A model generated the notes under the pieces. It was not told where the DNA came from, made no database searches, and saw only the letters and a program-made list of their open reading frames with translations. From Pristiophorus japonicus (Eukaryota): 64,000 nt of DNA. The DNA is taken from NCBI RefSeq assembly GCF_044704955.1, contig NC_091979.1, positions 84,320,001 through 84,384,000 on the forward strand, in the 5' to 3' direction. A program made the translations under genes and the position numbers. Each line of letters begins with the position of its first letter. The first letter of the stretch is position 1. Positions 47,740 through 59,947 of this stretch are shown piece by piece.

Positions 47740-49490
47740 CACAACTTGCATTTATATAGCATCTTTAACATAGTAAAATGTCCCAAGAGGCCTCACAAAA
47801 GAGTTATCAAATAAAATTTGACACATTGCCACATAAAGAAATATCAGGGCATGTGACCAAAAGCTTGGTCAAATAAGTAGATTTTAAGGAACACATAAAG
47901 GAGGAGAGAGAGATAAGAGAAGAGGAGAGGTTTAGGGAAATCGTTCCAGAGCTTAAGGCCTTGACCAGGGTCAAGCAAGGCTGCGTCATTGCGCCAACGC
48001 TCTTCTCGATCTTCCTTGCTGCAATGCTCCATCTCACTCTCAACCAGTTCCCCGCTGAAGTGGAACTAAATTATAGAACCAATGGTAACCTGCTCAACCT
48101 TCGTCACCTCCAGGCTAGATCCAAGGTCATCCCATCCTCTGTCATCGAACTACAGTGCGCGGACGATGCTTGCGTCTGCACACATTCAGAGGCCGAACTC
48201 CAAACCATTGTCAACATCTTCACCGAGGTGTACGAAAGCATGGGCCTTACACTAAACATCCGTATGACAAAGGTCCTCCACCAACCTGAACCCACCACAC
48301 AGCACTGGCCCTCCCGGTCATCAAAATCCACGGCGCGGCCTTGGACAACGTGGACCACTTTCCATACCTCGGGAGCTTATTAACAGCAAGGGCAGACATC
48401 AACGATGAGGTCCAATATCACCTTCAGTGTGCCAGCGCAGCCTTTGGTGGCCTGAGGAAGAGAGTGTTTGAAGACCGGGACCTCAAATCTGGCACCAAGC
48501 TTATGGTGTACAGGGCAGTAATGATACCCGCCCTCCTATATGGCTCAGAGACGTGGACCATATACAGTAGACACCTCAAACTGCTGGAGAAATACCACCA
48601 ACGCTGCCTCCGCAAGATCCTGCAAGTCCACTGGGAGGATAGATGCACCAATGTCAGTGTTCTCGATCAGGCCAACATCTCCAGCATTGAAGCACTGACC
48701 ACACTCGACCAGCTCCGTTGGGTGGGCCACATCGTCCACATGCCCGACACGAGACTCCCAAAGCAAGCGCTCTACTCGGAACTCCTACACGGCAAGCGAG
48801 CACCAGGCGGGCAGAGAAAACATTTCAAGGACATCCTCAAAGCCTCCTTGATAAAGTGCAACATCCCCATTGGCACCTGGGAATCCCTGGCCCAAGACCG
48901 CCCTAAGTAGAGGAAGAGCATCCGGGAGGGCGCTGAGCACCTGGAGTCTCGTCGCCGAGAGCATGCAGAAATCAAGCGCAGACAGCGGAAGGAGCGTGCG
49001 GCAAACCAGACTACCCACTCACCCTTTCCTTCGATGAAAGTCTGTCCCACCTGTGACAGAGACTGTAATTCCTGTATTGGATTGTACAGTCACCTGAGAA
49101 CTCACTTTTAGACTGGAAGCAAGTCTTCCTCAAATTCGAGCGACTGCCTATGATAATGATGATGGAGCGAAGAAAATCACATGCATAAGAGGCCAGAATT
49201 GGAGGAGCACAGAGATCTCGGAGGGTTGCAGGGCTGGAGGATGTTACAGAGGTAGGATGGGATTTGAGCACAAGGATGAGAATTTTAAAATCGGGGCATT
49301 GCTAGACCGGGAGCCAATGCAGGTCAGCGAGCACATTGAAGATGGGTGTACGGGACTTGATACGAATTAGGACATGGGCAGCCGAGGTTTGGATGAGCTC
49401 AAGTTTACGGAGGGTGGTAAGTGGAAGACTGGTCCAGAGAGCATTGGAATAGTCGGATCTGGAGGCAACAAAGGCATGAATTAGGGTTTT
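47740..49490 (-). mobile_element. L2 LINE 3' region, split by RTE
   Basis: acaacttgcatttatatagc...ttccagagcttaagg, then after the RTE atggagcga...gagccaatgcaggtcagcgagcac...gcattggaatagtc. Confidence 0.8.
47961..49163 (+). mobile_element. 5'-truncated RTE-clade LINE
   Basis: VKQGCVIAPTLF, ELQCADD, VDHFPYLGS and LLYGSETW. Ends gactgcctatgataatgatgatg. Confidence 0.93.
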
Positions 49491-49770
49491 AAATGTAACT
49501 TGTTCAAGTAAAGGAATTTCAATTTTGAATTAATTTTACATTTTTACTTCAAAATTGGTAATGTTCAGCAAGTAAGCAGGAAACCACAGTTATCTTATTA
49601 TGAATCTTGTGTTTGTATGTATAGTTTGTAAACAAACTTACAAAAACAGATGCAACCACAGCCATATCGTTAAAAAGATTTTACTGGCAGAAGCACAGAA
49701 GATAGAAACGTATTTGGAGACCAAAGTATGTGTGGCCATGAAGTAAGATGTGAGAAATCCTTTGGTGTAA

Positions 49771-50377
49771 GGGCAAGAAATTCAATTCATAAATCAGTTA
49801 CCGACTGGGCGTGGTGCTGTTATGACTTCTGCCATATAGCTGCAGCGCGATGGCTTTGTGCCCCGATCTCCTACGCCTGGAGATCATGACATCATTGCCC
49901 TGTTAGCGCCCCGGCCCCAAAATTCCCGTCCGTCCCCGGCAGCTGCAGGAGGCGCAGATCAGGCGGCCGGAAGTTACCGGGGCGATGATCACAGGCGAGG
50001 TGACCGATGGAAATTTAAAAACTTACCTCCTTGTTCACGCTGCTGCTCTTGTTTTCTTTGCAGGGTCCTGGCCGTGATCGCTCAGCCTGGCATTCTGCTC
50101 TGATCGCGCAGCACCCCTGCTCCATGGTGGCCCAGCTAGGTCCCTTTTAGGGAAGGGCCCCTTGGACGCGGCTGCGCTGCGCGGCCCAGTGTGAAGCGCT
50201 GCTGAGGCATCGGCCCCATTAGCACCCAAAGAATGAAGTGGAGTGCTTGATTTAGCGCTCCACTTCCTTCCGGGGGGCCGGTAACCCGAATTGTTTGAGT
50301 GGAGAGAAACCTGCGCCGCTAAGTTTTGCGCCTCCCAACTGTTACCACCCCCAAACAGGGCAATGAATTTCAACCCC
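49771..50377. mobile_element. Harbinger-like MITE
   Basis: TAA|GGGCAAGAAATTC ... GAATTTCAACCCC|TAT. Related to 51299-51969 in opposite orientation (ttagcgctccacttcc versus ggaagtggagcactaa). Confidence 0.7.
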
Positions 50378-51298
50378 TATAAATGTTCAAGGACAATCCT
50401 TAAATTAATCCGAGGAAGTACAATTTTCCATATAAAGCATTATCTCACAATGAAAAGCAGATTGAAGCTGATGCTAATCAGTAGCCCTCCCTTGGACAAC
50501 TCAACATGGTTTCTCGTTCTTAGATATAATCATTTCTAACAAGTACAGTTTGCAATTAAATGCCAAGCAATTTCACTTTTTCAAAAGAAGACAATTAGGA
50601 CAAGTGTCATTATTTCACAGCAGCATCTAATGTTTGTTTCTCCACTTATGACCTATTTTATAATCAAATCACACTCTTACTAGGAGAATAAGCTTTAATA
50701 TGTCTGCAAGAAATAAGTCTGGTAGCAGAACAATTGTGTACATGGGAGGTACTTTTAGGTCCAAATATAGTATAAAAGTAGAATAAGATGCTATAGTTAT
50801 AAGCCAAGCCTGAAAGTACATACTGCTCTAATATCTTTTAAACATCGATGTATAATCACGCCTATAATTCAGATTATTTATAGCTATACCATCCTATCTA
50901 TATAGATAAAATTAGGTGACCCATTGGATCAATGTCAAAAAACAGATCAATCTGAATTTCTTAACATTCAAAATTACACGTTAATAAATGACTATAATGT
51001 TGAGAGTGAAAACAAACTCAAAGAGTCAATTATTATGCCATCTTTAGCTCAGCAACAATAAATATCCAGTGACTCAACCATTTATGGGAGAGCTACAATA
51101 AAGAGTGGCAAATATCCTAGAATCAATTGAAGAGACTACAAATGAAATTCGCCCTGGTAACACTAGAACAGCTAAAAAATCAATTAAAACAAAATGGTAA
51201 CGTTGGGATGTAATGAAATGCATAAGTGACAAGCAGGAACTATGTAAAAATACCAACTATCTTATAAGTAAAAGAACTGGGAAAGTGATAAAGTCAAA

Positions 51299-51969
51299 GG
51301 GCTAGAAATTGCGTAGCGCCCCATTTGGGGCGGTAACTTTTGCAGGACCGCAATAGTATCGGCAGGCGCTACACAATTGAATTTGATACAAACTTCCGGT
51401 TTAGGGCTCCAAGAGGGAAGTGGAGCACTAAATCAAATGCTACCACTTCCCTTGGAGTGCTGAAGGGAGCAGGGGGGGCGGTAATGGGAGAGCCAATGCT
51501 GAGGTCATTAGAGGCTAAGGCTGGTCGATGGCACCTGCGATCCGCCAAGAGCACCCCATGGACTCTAAGTGAGTGCAGGGCTGATCAATTGCGGCCTGGA
51601 AAAAAATGAAAACACAGCGCTACGAGGACATTATAAAATTTTGGCCTACCTGACCACCAATGCCTTTAATTACCGCTCCTCAAGCAGCTGCCCGAGGTCA
51701 CAATGCCTCCTGCAGCTGCCGTTGTTGACGCCCGATGACGCTGCAGGGCGCGGCAGCGAATTTTACATCTGGAGCGATAACTGAGCGCTGCTCACAATTT
51801 CCGGGGCGCAGGAGATCGAGGTGGTAAGTTTTCGTGCCAGCGCTAATCTGCCATGGACGTTTGTGGGCGTCGGCAATCTCGCCATGTCCGATCATTAAGC
51901 CGTTAGCGTCCCATTAACGCCCCCCCGGAGGCGCTAACAGGAGGCGCAACGGAGCCCAATTTCTCCCTC
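51299..51969. mobile_element. Harbinger-like MITE
   Basis: GGGCTAGAAATTG ... CAATTTCTCCCTC, with a GC-rich body in AT-rich flanks. Confidence 0.65.
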
Positions 51970-52283
51970 AAGAAAACCTAATAAAAAAGTAGCAGAGCAA
52001 AATGAAAGAATATCAAACTGCAAAAATACTTCAGTTCACAATAAAATATATATGCTAAAATAAAATATTGGTCCACTCAAAAAGTATGATGGGAAATTGA
52101 AATCAGGGGAGAGGAACGTAAGGAAAACCTAGATGTTAAAATGTTACTTTGTATCAAGCTTTCCAGAGGAAGAGGTTGGAGATTTTCATAAGTCAGGGAT
52201 CAAATTTCCATAGTTGCCAGAAGAGGAATTAGGCAGTGTGGAGATAACAGTGGAGATGGTTTTAATAATGCTGTATAGCAAAG

Positions 52284-52458
52284 TGTGATATATTCACAGA
52301 GCACAAGCACACACAGCTTCCAACATGGCAGGCAGCTCTCTCGGAAGCCTCCGGAAATCTGCCTGGTTCTGTTTATTATTAACCCTGCACTTGCAGTACA
52401 CAATACGTCCACATCCACAGTGTGGCGCTACAAACATTACAAGCTTACAGACATTACA
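52284..52458 (-). repeat. 3' LTR of Gypsy element 2
   Basis: Direct repeat of 56847-57021, next to the PPT. Confidence 0.97.
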
Positions 52459-52598
52459 CTTCTCCCTCCTTAATGAAGAAGCCATCATAACAAACATCAT
52501 ACATAACTTTCATGTTTATACATAACACAGGATATAAACCTATTTTTTTTCCATATTTACAAATTTAACTTTAACACTTGTTTTCTGTTTCGAAGAGG

Positions 52599-55500
52599 TT
52601 ACCTTCGCTTTTGAACAGAACCTTCCAAACATGGTGTCAAATCTAAACTCATTCGAGGCTCATCCTGAGGAACGTTTTCCTCCACAGAATTTCCTTGATT
52701 TTCATTTGAACTCACTCTAATTTCAGCCTCTATGTTTTCCTGACTCGGACTCAGACTTTCATTCTGATTCTCTCCTGGATTTGTTTCCAGTACATTGCAT
52801 TTAGGATTTGCTACTGGTGTATCAAAACTATCTGATGAGTCAGAAATAATTGAATCATTCCCAACTTCAACTCCTTCCATGTCTGTAGGTAAAATATGAT
52901 CAATATGAACAAACCTAACCTGTCCATTATCAAATATCTTTACCAAATATGTGCGAGGACCACTTATCTTCACCACTCTTCCTGGTAACCACTTTAACCA
53001 TTTATGGTGATGGTTCTTCACTCTCACCTTCTGGTTTAATTTTACACTTCTCTCTTTTACTCTACCTTTATCATGATTCTCTTTCTGTATTAATTGTGTC
53101 TCTTGTACGGACTGTGCCAAATTTGGTTTTAACAACGAGAATCTGGTTCGTGGCTGTCGTTTGAGAAACAACTCTGCTGGTGTTCTACCAATAGTTGTAT
53201 GAGGAGTATTTCGATATGTAATCAAAAAATTAGCCAATTTGTGATCCAATGACAACTGTAGTTTCCTTGGATTTGGATCTAACATTTGTTTTATGAGGGC
53301 ATGTTTTACAATTTGCTCTGCTGCACCATTTGAAGCAGGCTGGTATGGTGGAACCTTGATATGTTTCACACCATTTTTGCTCGTGAATTGTGCAAATTCT
53401 TCTGAACGAAATTGTGGTCCATTATCCGAAACAATTTCTTCAGGGAGGCCAAATGAAGAAAATAATTTTCGTAAAATGGCCAATGTTTTACTTGTTGTTA
53501 TTTTCCACATTGGAAGCACCTCAACCCACTTCGAATGGCTGTCAATCACAATGAACAATTGTTGTCCTTCTAACTCAGCAAAATCAATATGTAGCCTTTG
53601 CCACGCCCTGGCAGGCCATTTCCATGGCTGTAATGGTACTGGTGGTGGTTGCTTGCTTACCAATTGACATGTTGTACACTGACTCACGATGTACTCTATA
53701 TCTTTATCAAGACCTGGCCACCATAAATAACTGCGTGCAAAACTCTTAGTCAAGCACATTCCCAGGTGCTGGTGATGGAGGTCTCCTAATAATTTGGACC
53801 TGAATTTATTTGGTATAACCACTCTTGCACCCCACATGATACAATCTTTATCGACTGATAATTCATTCCTACGGATGAAGAATGGATGAATATCTTTGTC
53901 TGTTGCCTGGTTTGGCCATCCATTTGCAATATACTCATACACCTTTGACATCACTGGGTCACGTTTGGTTGCTCTACCAATCTCTTCAGCTGTGATTGGC
54001 AGTCCATCAATGTATGAAAAATAAAACACTTCTTCCCTATCGGGTGTAACTTGTGATGGGGAAGGCAATCTAGACATTGCATCAGCATTACTGTGATCAA
54101 CTGATCGTCTGTATTCAATATCATATGTATATGCTGACAAAATCAAAGCCCATCTCTGCATTCGGGCTGCAGCTAATGTTGGAACTGGGGACTTTGGATG
54201 GAGGATTGCAGTTAGGGGCTTATGGTCCGTAATGATGGTAAACTTATGACCATACAAATATTTGTGAAACTTCTTGACCCCAAAAATTAATGCCAAAGCT
54301 TCCCTTTCAATTTGCGCATAGTTACTCTCACTGGCACTGAGAGTGCGTGAAGCAAAAGCAATTGGTCTCTCCTCCCCACTACTTGATACATAAGAGATCA
54401 CTGCCCCAACTCCATACGGAGAGGCATCACATGCTAGCTTAATCTACTTAGATATGTCATAGTGAACTAACATAGTGCTCTCTACCAATTTGCTTTTACA
54501 TTCCTTGAATGCTATATTGCATTCTTTTGACCACTTCCAATGGACCTGTTTTTTCAAAAGTTCATTCAGTGGATGTAATACTGTAGCCAAATTTGGTCGG
54601 AACTTCACATAATAGTTCAAAAGACCCAAGAATGAACGAAGTTCAGTGACATTCCTGGGAGTGGGTGCATTTCTAATTGCATCCAATTTTTCCATGGTTG
54701 TATGTAAACCATCTTTGTCTACTCTGTACCCTAAGTACTCCACTGAGTTTTTAAATAACTCACACTTACGAGCAGACACTTGTACTCTGAGTTTCTCTAG
54801 CCATTTGAGGACTTCATTCAATATGTTATTATGAATTTGCTTATTTGGTGCTGAAATTAGTATGTCATCCAAATAACAAACTACCCCTTCAATACCTTGC
54901 AAAATCTGGTTCATCACCCCTTGGAATATGGCAGGGGCAGAAGACACTCCAAACTCCAAATTGATATAGGCCTAGATGAGTATTTATAGTCAAACATGAC
55001 TTGGACTCCTCATCTAGTTCAAGCTGTAAGTAGGCATTCGTAAGATCCAGTTTTGAGAAAATCTGACCACGTGTCAGTGTTGTGAACAAATCTTCTACAT
55101 TCGGCAATATATTGGGGACATTACCCTCTAGAACCTGGTTTACGGTTACTTTATAATCACCACACAATCTTACCTTACCATCAGACTTAGGTACAACGAC
55201 AATGGGTGTAGCCCAATTACATCGATCTATCTTACAAATAATGTTCTCAGTCTCTAATCTTTTGATTTCTTGCTCAACTTGCTCTTTTGAGTGCATATGG
55301 TACGGAACGTGGTTTGTAGTAAACTGATCTAGCATCCTGCTGTACCCTGACACTTGCCTTGAAGCCTTGGATCGGACTGCCCGTTTCGCAGAACACCTTC
55401 GGATACTTCTTGATAACCTCATCCGTTGATGAAAATCTCGCTTCCACACAGAAAATCTTACTCCAATCTAGCTTCAGTGAGCTCAACCAATTTCTTCCTA

Positions 55501-56683
55501 GTAAGGCAGGCTTGTCTCCTTTCACTACTATTAGAGGCAAGTTCTGAAATTGATCTTTATATTTCACCAGTACGGTGATACGACCTACCACAGGAATTTT
55601 CTCTCCCGAGTAGCCTCGCAGCTCTATCTTGGATTTCTCCAGTTGGAAATCACGCAATTTGTAGCGGTATAGTGACTCCGGTACTACACTCACTGATGCA
55701 CCCTTGTCAATTTCCATTGGTATCTTGAATCCCGCAACATCTATGTGGATTTTGATGCTTTCCGAATCGCTGTCCGTTAACCTCGTGCTCCTGATGACGT
55801 GTAACTCTAACATCTCCTCGTCCTGTTGTTCTTCCATGCTATGTAGTCTCTTGGGATTTCTACTCATAGCTTTGAACGCTGGATTCATAGTTTTAAAAGC
55901 TGGTTTACCCTTCAGTCGGCATGCCTTGGCAAGATGCCCAGTCTTTCTGCAGAAGAAACACTCTGCCTTCACGTATGGACAACTTTAAGCAATGTGCTGT
56001 CCCAGGCACCTATAGCACCACTTCGAAGCTCTGTTAGAATTTCCAGTTTCTGAGACTTTGGGCCCCCACCATCTTTTACTTTGAAACTGCAAATGATTTA
56101 CCTCAGTTGACTGATGACCGTGCTCCTTATTTAATTCTTGGGTATATTGTTCGGCGATGCCCATCGACCTCGCTGTCTGACAAGCAATCTCAAAAGTCAA
56201 GTCATCCGTCGTCAATAACTTCCTTCTGATCACATCATTTTTCATCCCACAAATAAAACGATCCCGTAATGCTCGGTTTTGAAAGTTTCCAAAATTACAG
56301 TGCATCGATAGCTTTTTTAATGCTACGATGTAATCACTGATAATTTCATCAGTCTTTTGATTCTGAATCCCGAAACGATAGCTTTCAGTTATTTCTAACG
56401 GTTTGGGGTTATAGTGCTGCTCCAGCTTCGCTAAAATCTCAAAGCATTGTGTCCTTTGGCTCGTCATGCACAAGCAGATTTAAAAGGGTGTCATACAATG
56501 CCGGACCTGCCTCCGATAAGAGGATCGCTCTCTTACGTTCCAACACAGCCCGGTTCTGGACTGCATTGTCTGAAACTTCGGTTATGTTATTTGCAGTGAA
56601 ATACATTTCTAGCCAATCCACATACGCTTTAAAACGTTCCCGGTCGTGTCTATATTCCCCCAAATGTCCGATTACACCTGCCA
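52599..56683 (-). pseudogene. gag-pol polyprotein (disrupted) of Gypsy element 2
   Basis: gag MAGVIGHLGEY; knuckles CYRCLGQH and CFFCRKTGHLAKAC; protease EIDKGAS; RT LCGDYK...YLDD; a 600-codon RH/IN ORF with HHQH..CTTC, HIDFA, SDNG and NGAAE. Confidence 0.93.
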
Positions 56684-56846
56684 TTTTAATCTCTAGCTGT
56701 TCAGACCGTGTACTGTATTTTACCTCGGATTTTTGTAGCTTTTTCCAAAGACAGAAACTTCCAAAGTCTCTCTGTCGGTTTGCTGAATCCTTCACCAACA
56801 CAATTTAAGCTTTAAATCATCCGAAAAATCCCATCTCGCCGCCAAA

Positions 56847-57021
56847 TGTGATATATTCACAGAGCACAAGCACACACAGCTTCCAACATGGCAGGCAGCT
56901 CTCTCGGAAGCCTCTGGAAAGCTGCCTGGTTCTGTTTATTATTAACCCTGCACTTGCAGTACACAATACGTCCACATCCACAGTGTGGAGCTACAAATAT
57001 TACAAGCTTACAGATATTACA
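56847..57021 (-). repeat. 5' LTR of Gypsy element 2
   Basis: Direct repeat of 52284-52458, next to the PBS. Confidence 0.97.
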
Positions 57022-57379
57022 CAAAGCATCAGGGTAGAGAATATAGTTTCAATGAAAGTAAGGATAGGAATTTATGGTTTAACTGACATTTTTAAATGTC
57101 CTCTAGATTTGTCAAAAATTCTTGAGTATTGGAAAGTGTCAAATTTAATTCACTCATTTAAAAAATGGCCTAATCCTCAAAATTAACTGTGATAACCCAC
57201 TGCACCTCCCAATCCCTTTCAGCTTATCAGTCCTGATATCAATGGTCAGATTTCCATCAGTCCTACTCTACCTTTATTGTTGTGAAGACTGATTTATAGC
57301 ACAACTGAAATTCATTCTATAAGTAGCTGATTCATCAAGGAGTACATGATTTATAAGCCCAAATGGTGATATTTTCTAT

Positions 57380-57740
57380 CCATACTCCTTAGCAGAGAAG
57401 AAATCCCAAGACAACAATGGATGAGGAATTCTAATTGTTTCTTAAATGTTTCCAGGGTTTTGACCTGCGAAACTCTATCTGGAATTCTACTCCAAGTGTT
57501 GATCACTCTTTGTGAGAAAGCTACATAAATGTACCTTTTTCTTGTTTGTACCTGCGTCTTCTTATCCTACTCGAATTTAAATGAGTATTCTGGATTTACC
57601 TTTTCTGTTCCCTTAACTATCTTGTACACCCTATAAGATCACATCCAAATGACTCCTTTCCAGGTTCAAAAGCCAAAGGTTTAGAACCCTGAAATTGGGG
57701 TCAGCCTCATGGCTCTTTTCTGCACTGCCTCTAGCACTAC
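57380..57740 (-). mobile_element. Old diverged CR1 fragment
   Basis: ggaattctactccaagtgttgatcactctttgtgagaaag...ataagatcac...gctcttttctgcactgcctctagcact. Confidence 0.55.
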
Positions 57741-58210
57741 TTTGGAACATCACTCCTGATTGGCCTCCCACACTATACCTGCTGTAAACTCGAGATCATC
57801 TAAAACTCTGCTCCCCAAGTCCTAGCTTACACCAATAACCCATTCACCCATCACCCTTGAGCTCCTCCATGGCCGTGCCCCTCCCTATCTCTGTAATCTA
57901 CTCCAGCCCCACAACGCTCCAAGATATCTGCGCTTCTCTAATTCTGGCCTCTTGAGCATCACTGATTATAATCGCTCAACCATCGATGGCCGTGCCTTCA
58001 CTGCCAAGGCCCTAAGCTCTGGAATTCTCTCCCTAAACCTCTCCACATCTCTACCTCTCTTTGCTCCTTGAAACCTACCTCTTTGACCAAGCTTTTGGTC
58101 ACGACCCTAATTATGTGGCTCAGTGTCAAATTTTGTTTGATAACGCATCTGTGAAGAGCCGTCGGACGTTTCATTACGTTAAAGGCGCTATATAAATACA
58201 AGCTGTTGTT
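57740..58210 (+). mobile_element. L2 LINE 3' end
   Basis: caaaactctgc-like motif, ccctaagctctggaattc, and end aaaggcgctatataaatacaagctgttgttg. Confidence 0.8.
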
Positions 58211-58215
58211 GAATG

Positions 58216-58350
58216 GCTGGAACTTTCTACTTGGGTGGGGCTTGAAACGGGTGATATCAGATCAGATTGAAGGAGAATTGGATATAACGGGCACCTGATC
58301 CGATATCACTCATGTACGCCCCCTACCCCACTGAGGTTGCAAGTTCTGGC
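58216..58350. mobile_element. Short palindromic MITE
   Basis: ggctggaactt ... aagttctggc termini and internal gggtgatatcagatcag / ctgatccgatatcactc. Confidence 0.55.
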
Positions 58351-58794
58351 AAATGTCTCCCTTGTTTCCCATCACATCTTAAGTCTTATTGAATAATTTC
58401 ACCTACATTACTAATGGAGAGAATTGCCATCATTACAGGATAACAATTTATATGATAAATCAATGTAAGATAATTCAAGAGTGAGAAAAGCAGCAATAAA
58501 CAAAAGTCAGGAAATGAGGAAAGGTGGTATATTTTATGATGTCAAAAATGAACACACCTGTTGCAAAGTGATTTTGACAAGTAATACCAGCCAGGATAAA
58601 CATTGAGGTCATGGTAATGCAACATGAGAGAAAAAAACATAACACCAACTGACAGTGGGCAAATGGAGTGATGCAGAGGAGATTGCTACAGTTTTACTTG
58701 GACCAGTTCTTTTTGAGTTACAATGGGGAGTGACTTTGTCCTCCTGTGACATTGTGATACCTTTGCAACAAGCGAATGACCTATCATATACCAT

Positions 58795-59369
58795 CATAGG
58801 TGGTCCCTCATATCGAGGATGACTTGCTTCCACGTCAAAAAAAGATGAGTTCACAGGTATTTCAATGAAGGACCTAATATTCCAGGTCCCGAACTACATG
58901 TTGAAGGGTGGAAGATGCCTGTGCGTAGATTCTTTAACGTGTGGTGGCCATTGCACACCAGCCACCACAAGGGTTTCACAGAGCTAGGTCTTGGTCCAGT
59001 GGCTTGGATTAACCAAGACGACTGGAGACCAGCTCTGCTGCACGGACCTAGTGCGCACACATGTTGCAGTGTGGGGTGGCCCGTGTTGCCCCTGGGCCCT
59101 CGCCTCTTCCGGGCCCCGATCTCACGCCACTCCTGGGCCCCGATCGCGTCGCTCCACGATCACTCGTTGCTCCTGCGCCCCAATCTTTGGCACTCCTGCT
59201 GTATCTGCCCATGCTCCAATCAGTGATCTGGATTTTGGTGACGTCCAATCCAGTCACCCTCTTCACTGCCGTCGCTCTCCAGCACGTGCTGTACCTTTAA
59301 GTGGTATGCTCCTTTGAAGGCCCCGACCTGCTGATGGTCCTTGCCAGGTCGGGCCACACGCTGCTCCTT
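58795..59369 (-). mobile_element. RTE-tailed non-autonomous retroelement, TSD-bounded copy (575 bp)
   Basis: 13-bp TSD TATCATATACCAT (58782-58794, 59370-59382). Tail cataggtggtccctcatatcgaggatgacttgcttccac. Confidence 0.92.
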
Positions 59370-59947
59370 TATCATATACCATTAACCTAGCAAATTCACA
59401 GTGTTCATTAGAAACCTGGTTATCAATCAGCTTTTTAAAATTCATATGATTACACTACTTCATGAAATAAAAGGAACACCAACCAAGAACAAATTGTCAA
59501 TGTACTCTAATGCAAGACATTTAAAGATAAAATCTGAAACATCCATATATTGACAGAGGAATAGCATTTTAACAAAGAAGCTAACACTGGCAAATACAAC
59601 TGTGTATGCAAAAATATCTCCAACATACTTTTAGTTCAATAATATTTAGAGAGTTAAATAGCATAAATGTGACAGTAATAGTTCTTTTCCATTGGGTTGC
59701 AGTAATGACAAGCTTTAGAAAAAAATGCAAATTTGATGCAGTACTTTAAGAAATTACTAGCAGTGTTCATAGTCTGAGCCAATATGAATTATTCATATTC
59801 CCAGCCACTGAGCATGGATAGCTATTCAGAATACCACAAAAAAAATATCAATCTATGTTGTCATCTTTATTTTTGCAAAGCACCATCTTTTCCGCATGGT
59901 ACAAAGATTTTTTGTGAAAGGAATTTTATCAAATTTATCAAATTGAC

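Larger units (their letters stand above)
52284..57021 (-). mobile_element. Full-length Gypsy/Ty3 (Mag-like) LTR retrotransposon 2, coding-defective
   Basis: 175-bp TG...CA LTRs at 52284-52458 and 56847-57021 (5 mismatches). TSD CAAAG (52279-52283, 57022-57026). PPT aaggagggagaag; PBS TGGCGGCGAGATGGGATT. Confidence 0.97.

Noticed and set aside
52599-54401. 600-aa ORF as a domesticated host gene
   Set aside because: It lies within an LTR element with intact LTRs and TSD, and upstream pol is frameshifted, so it is a retroelement remnant.
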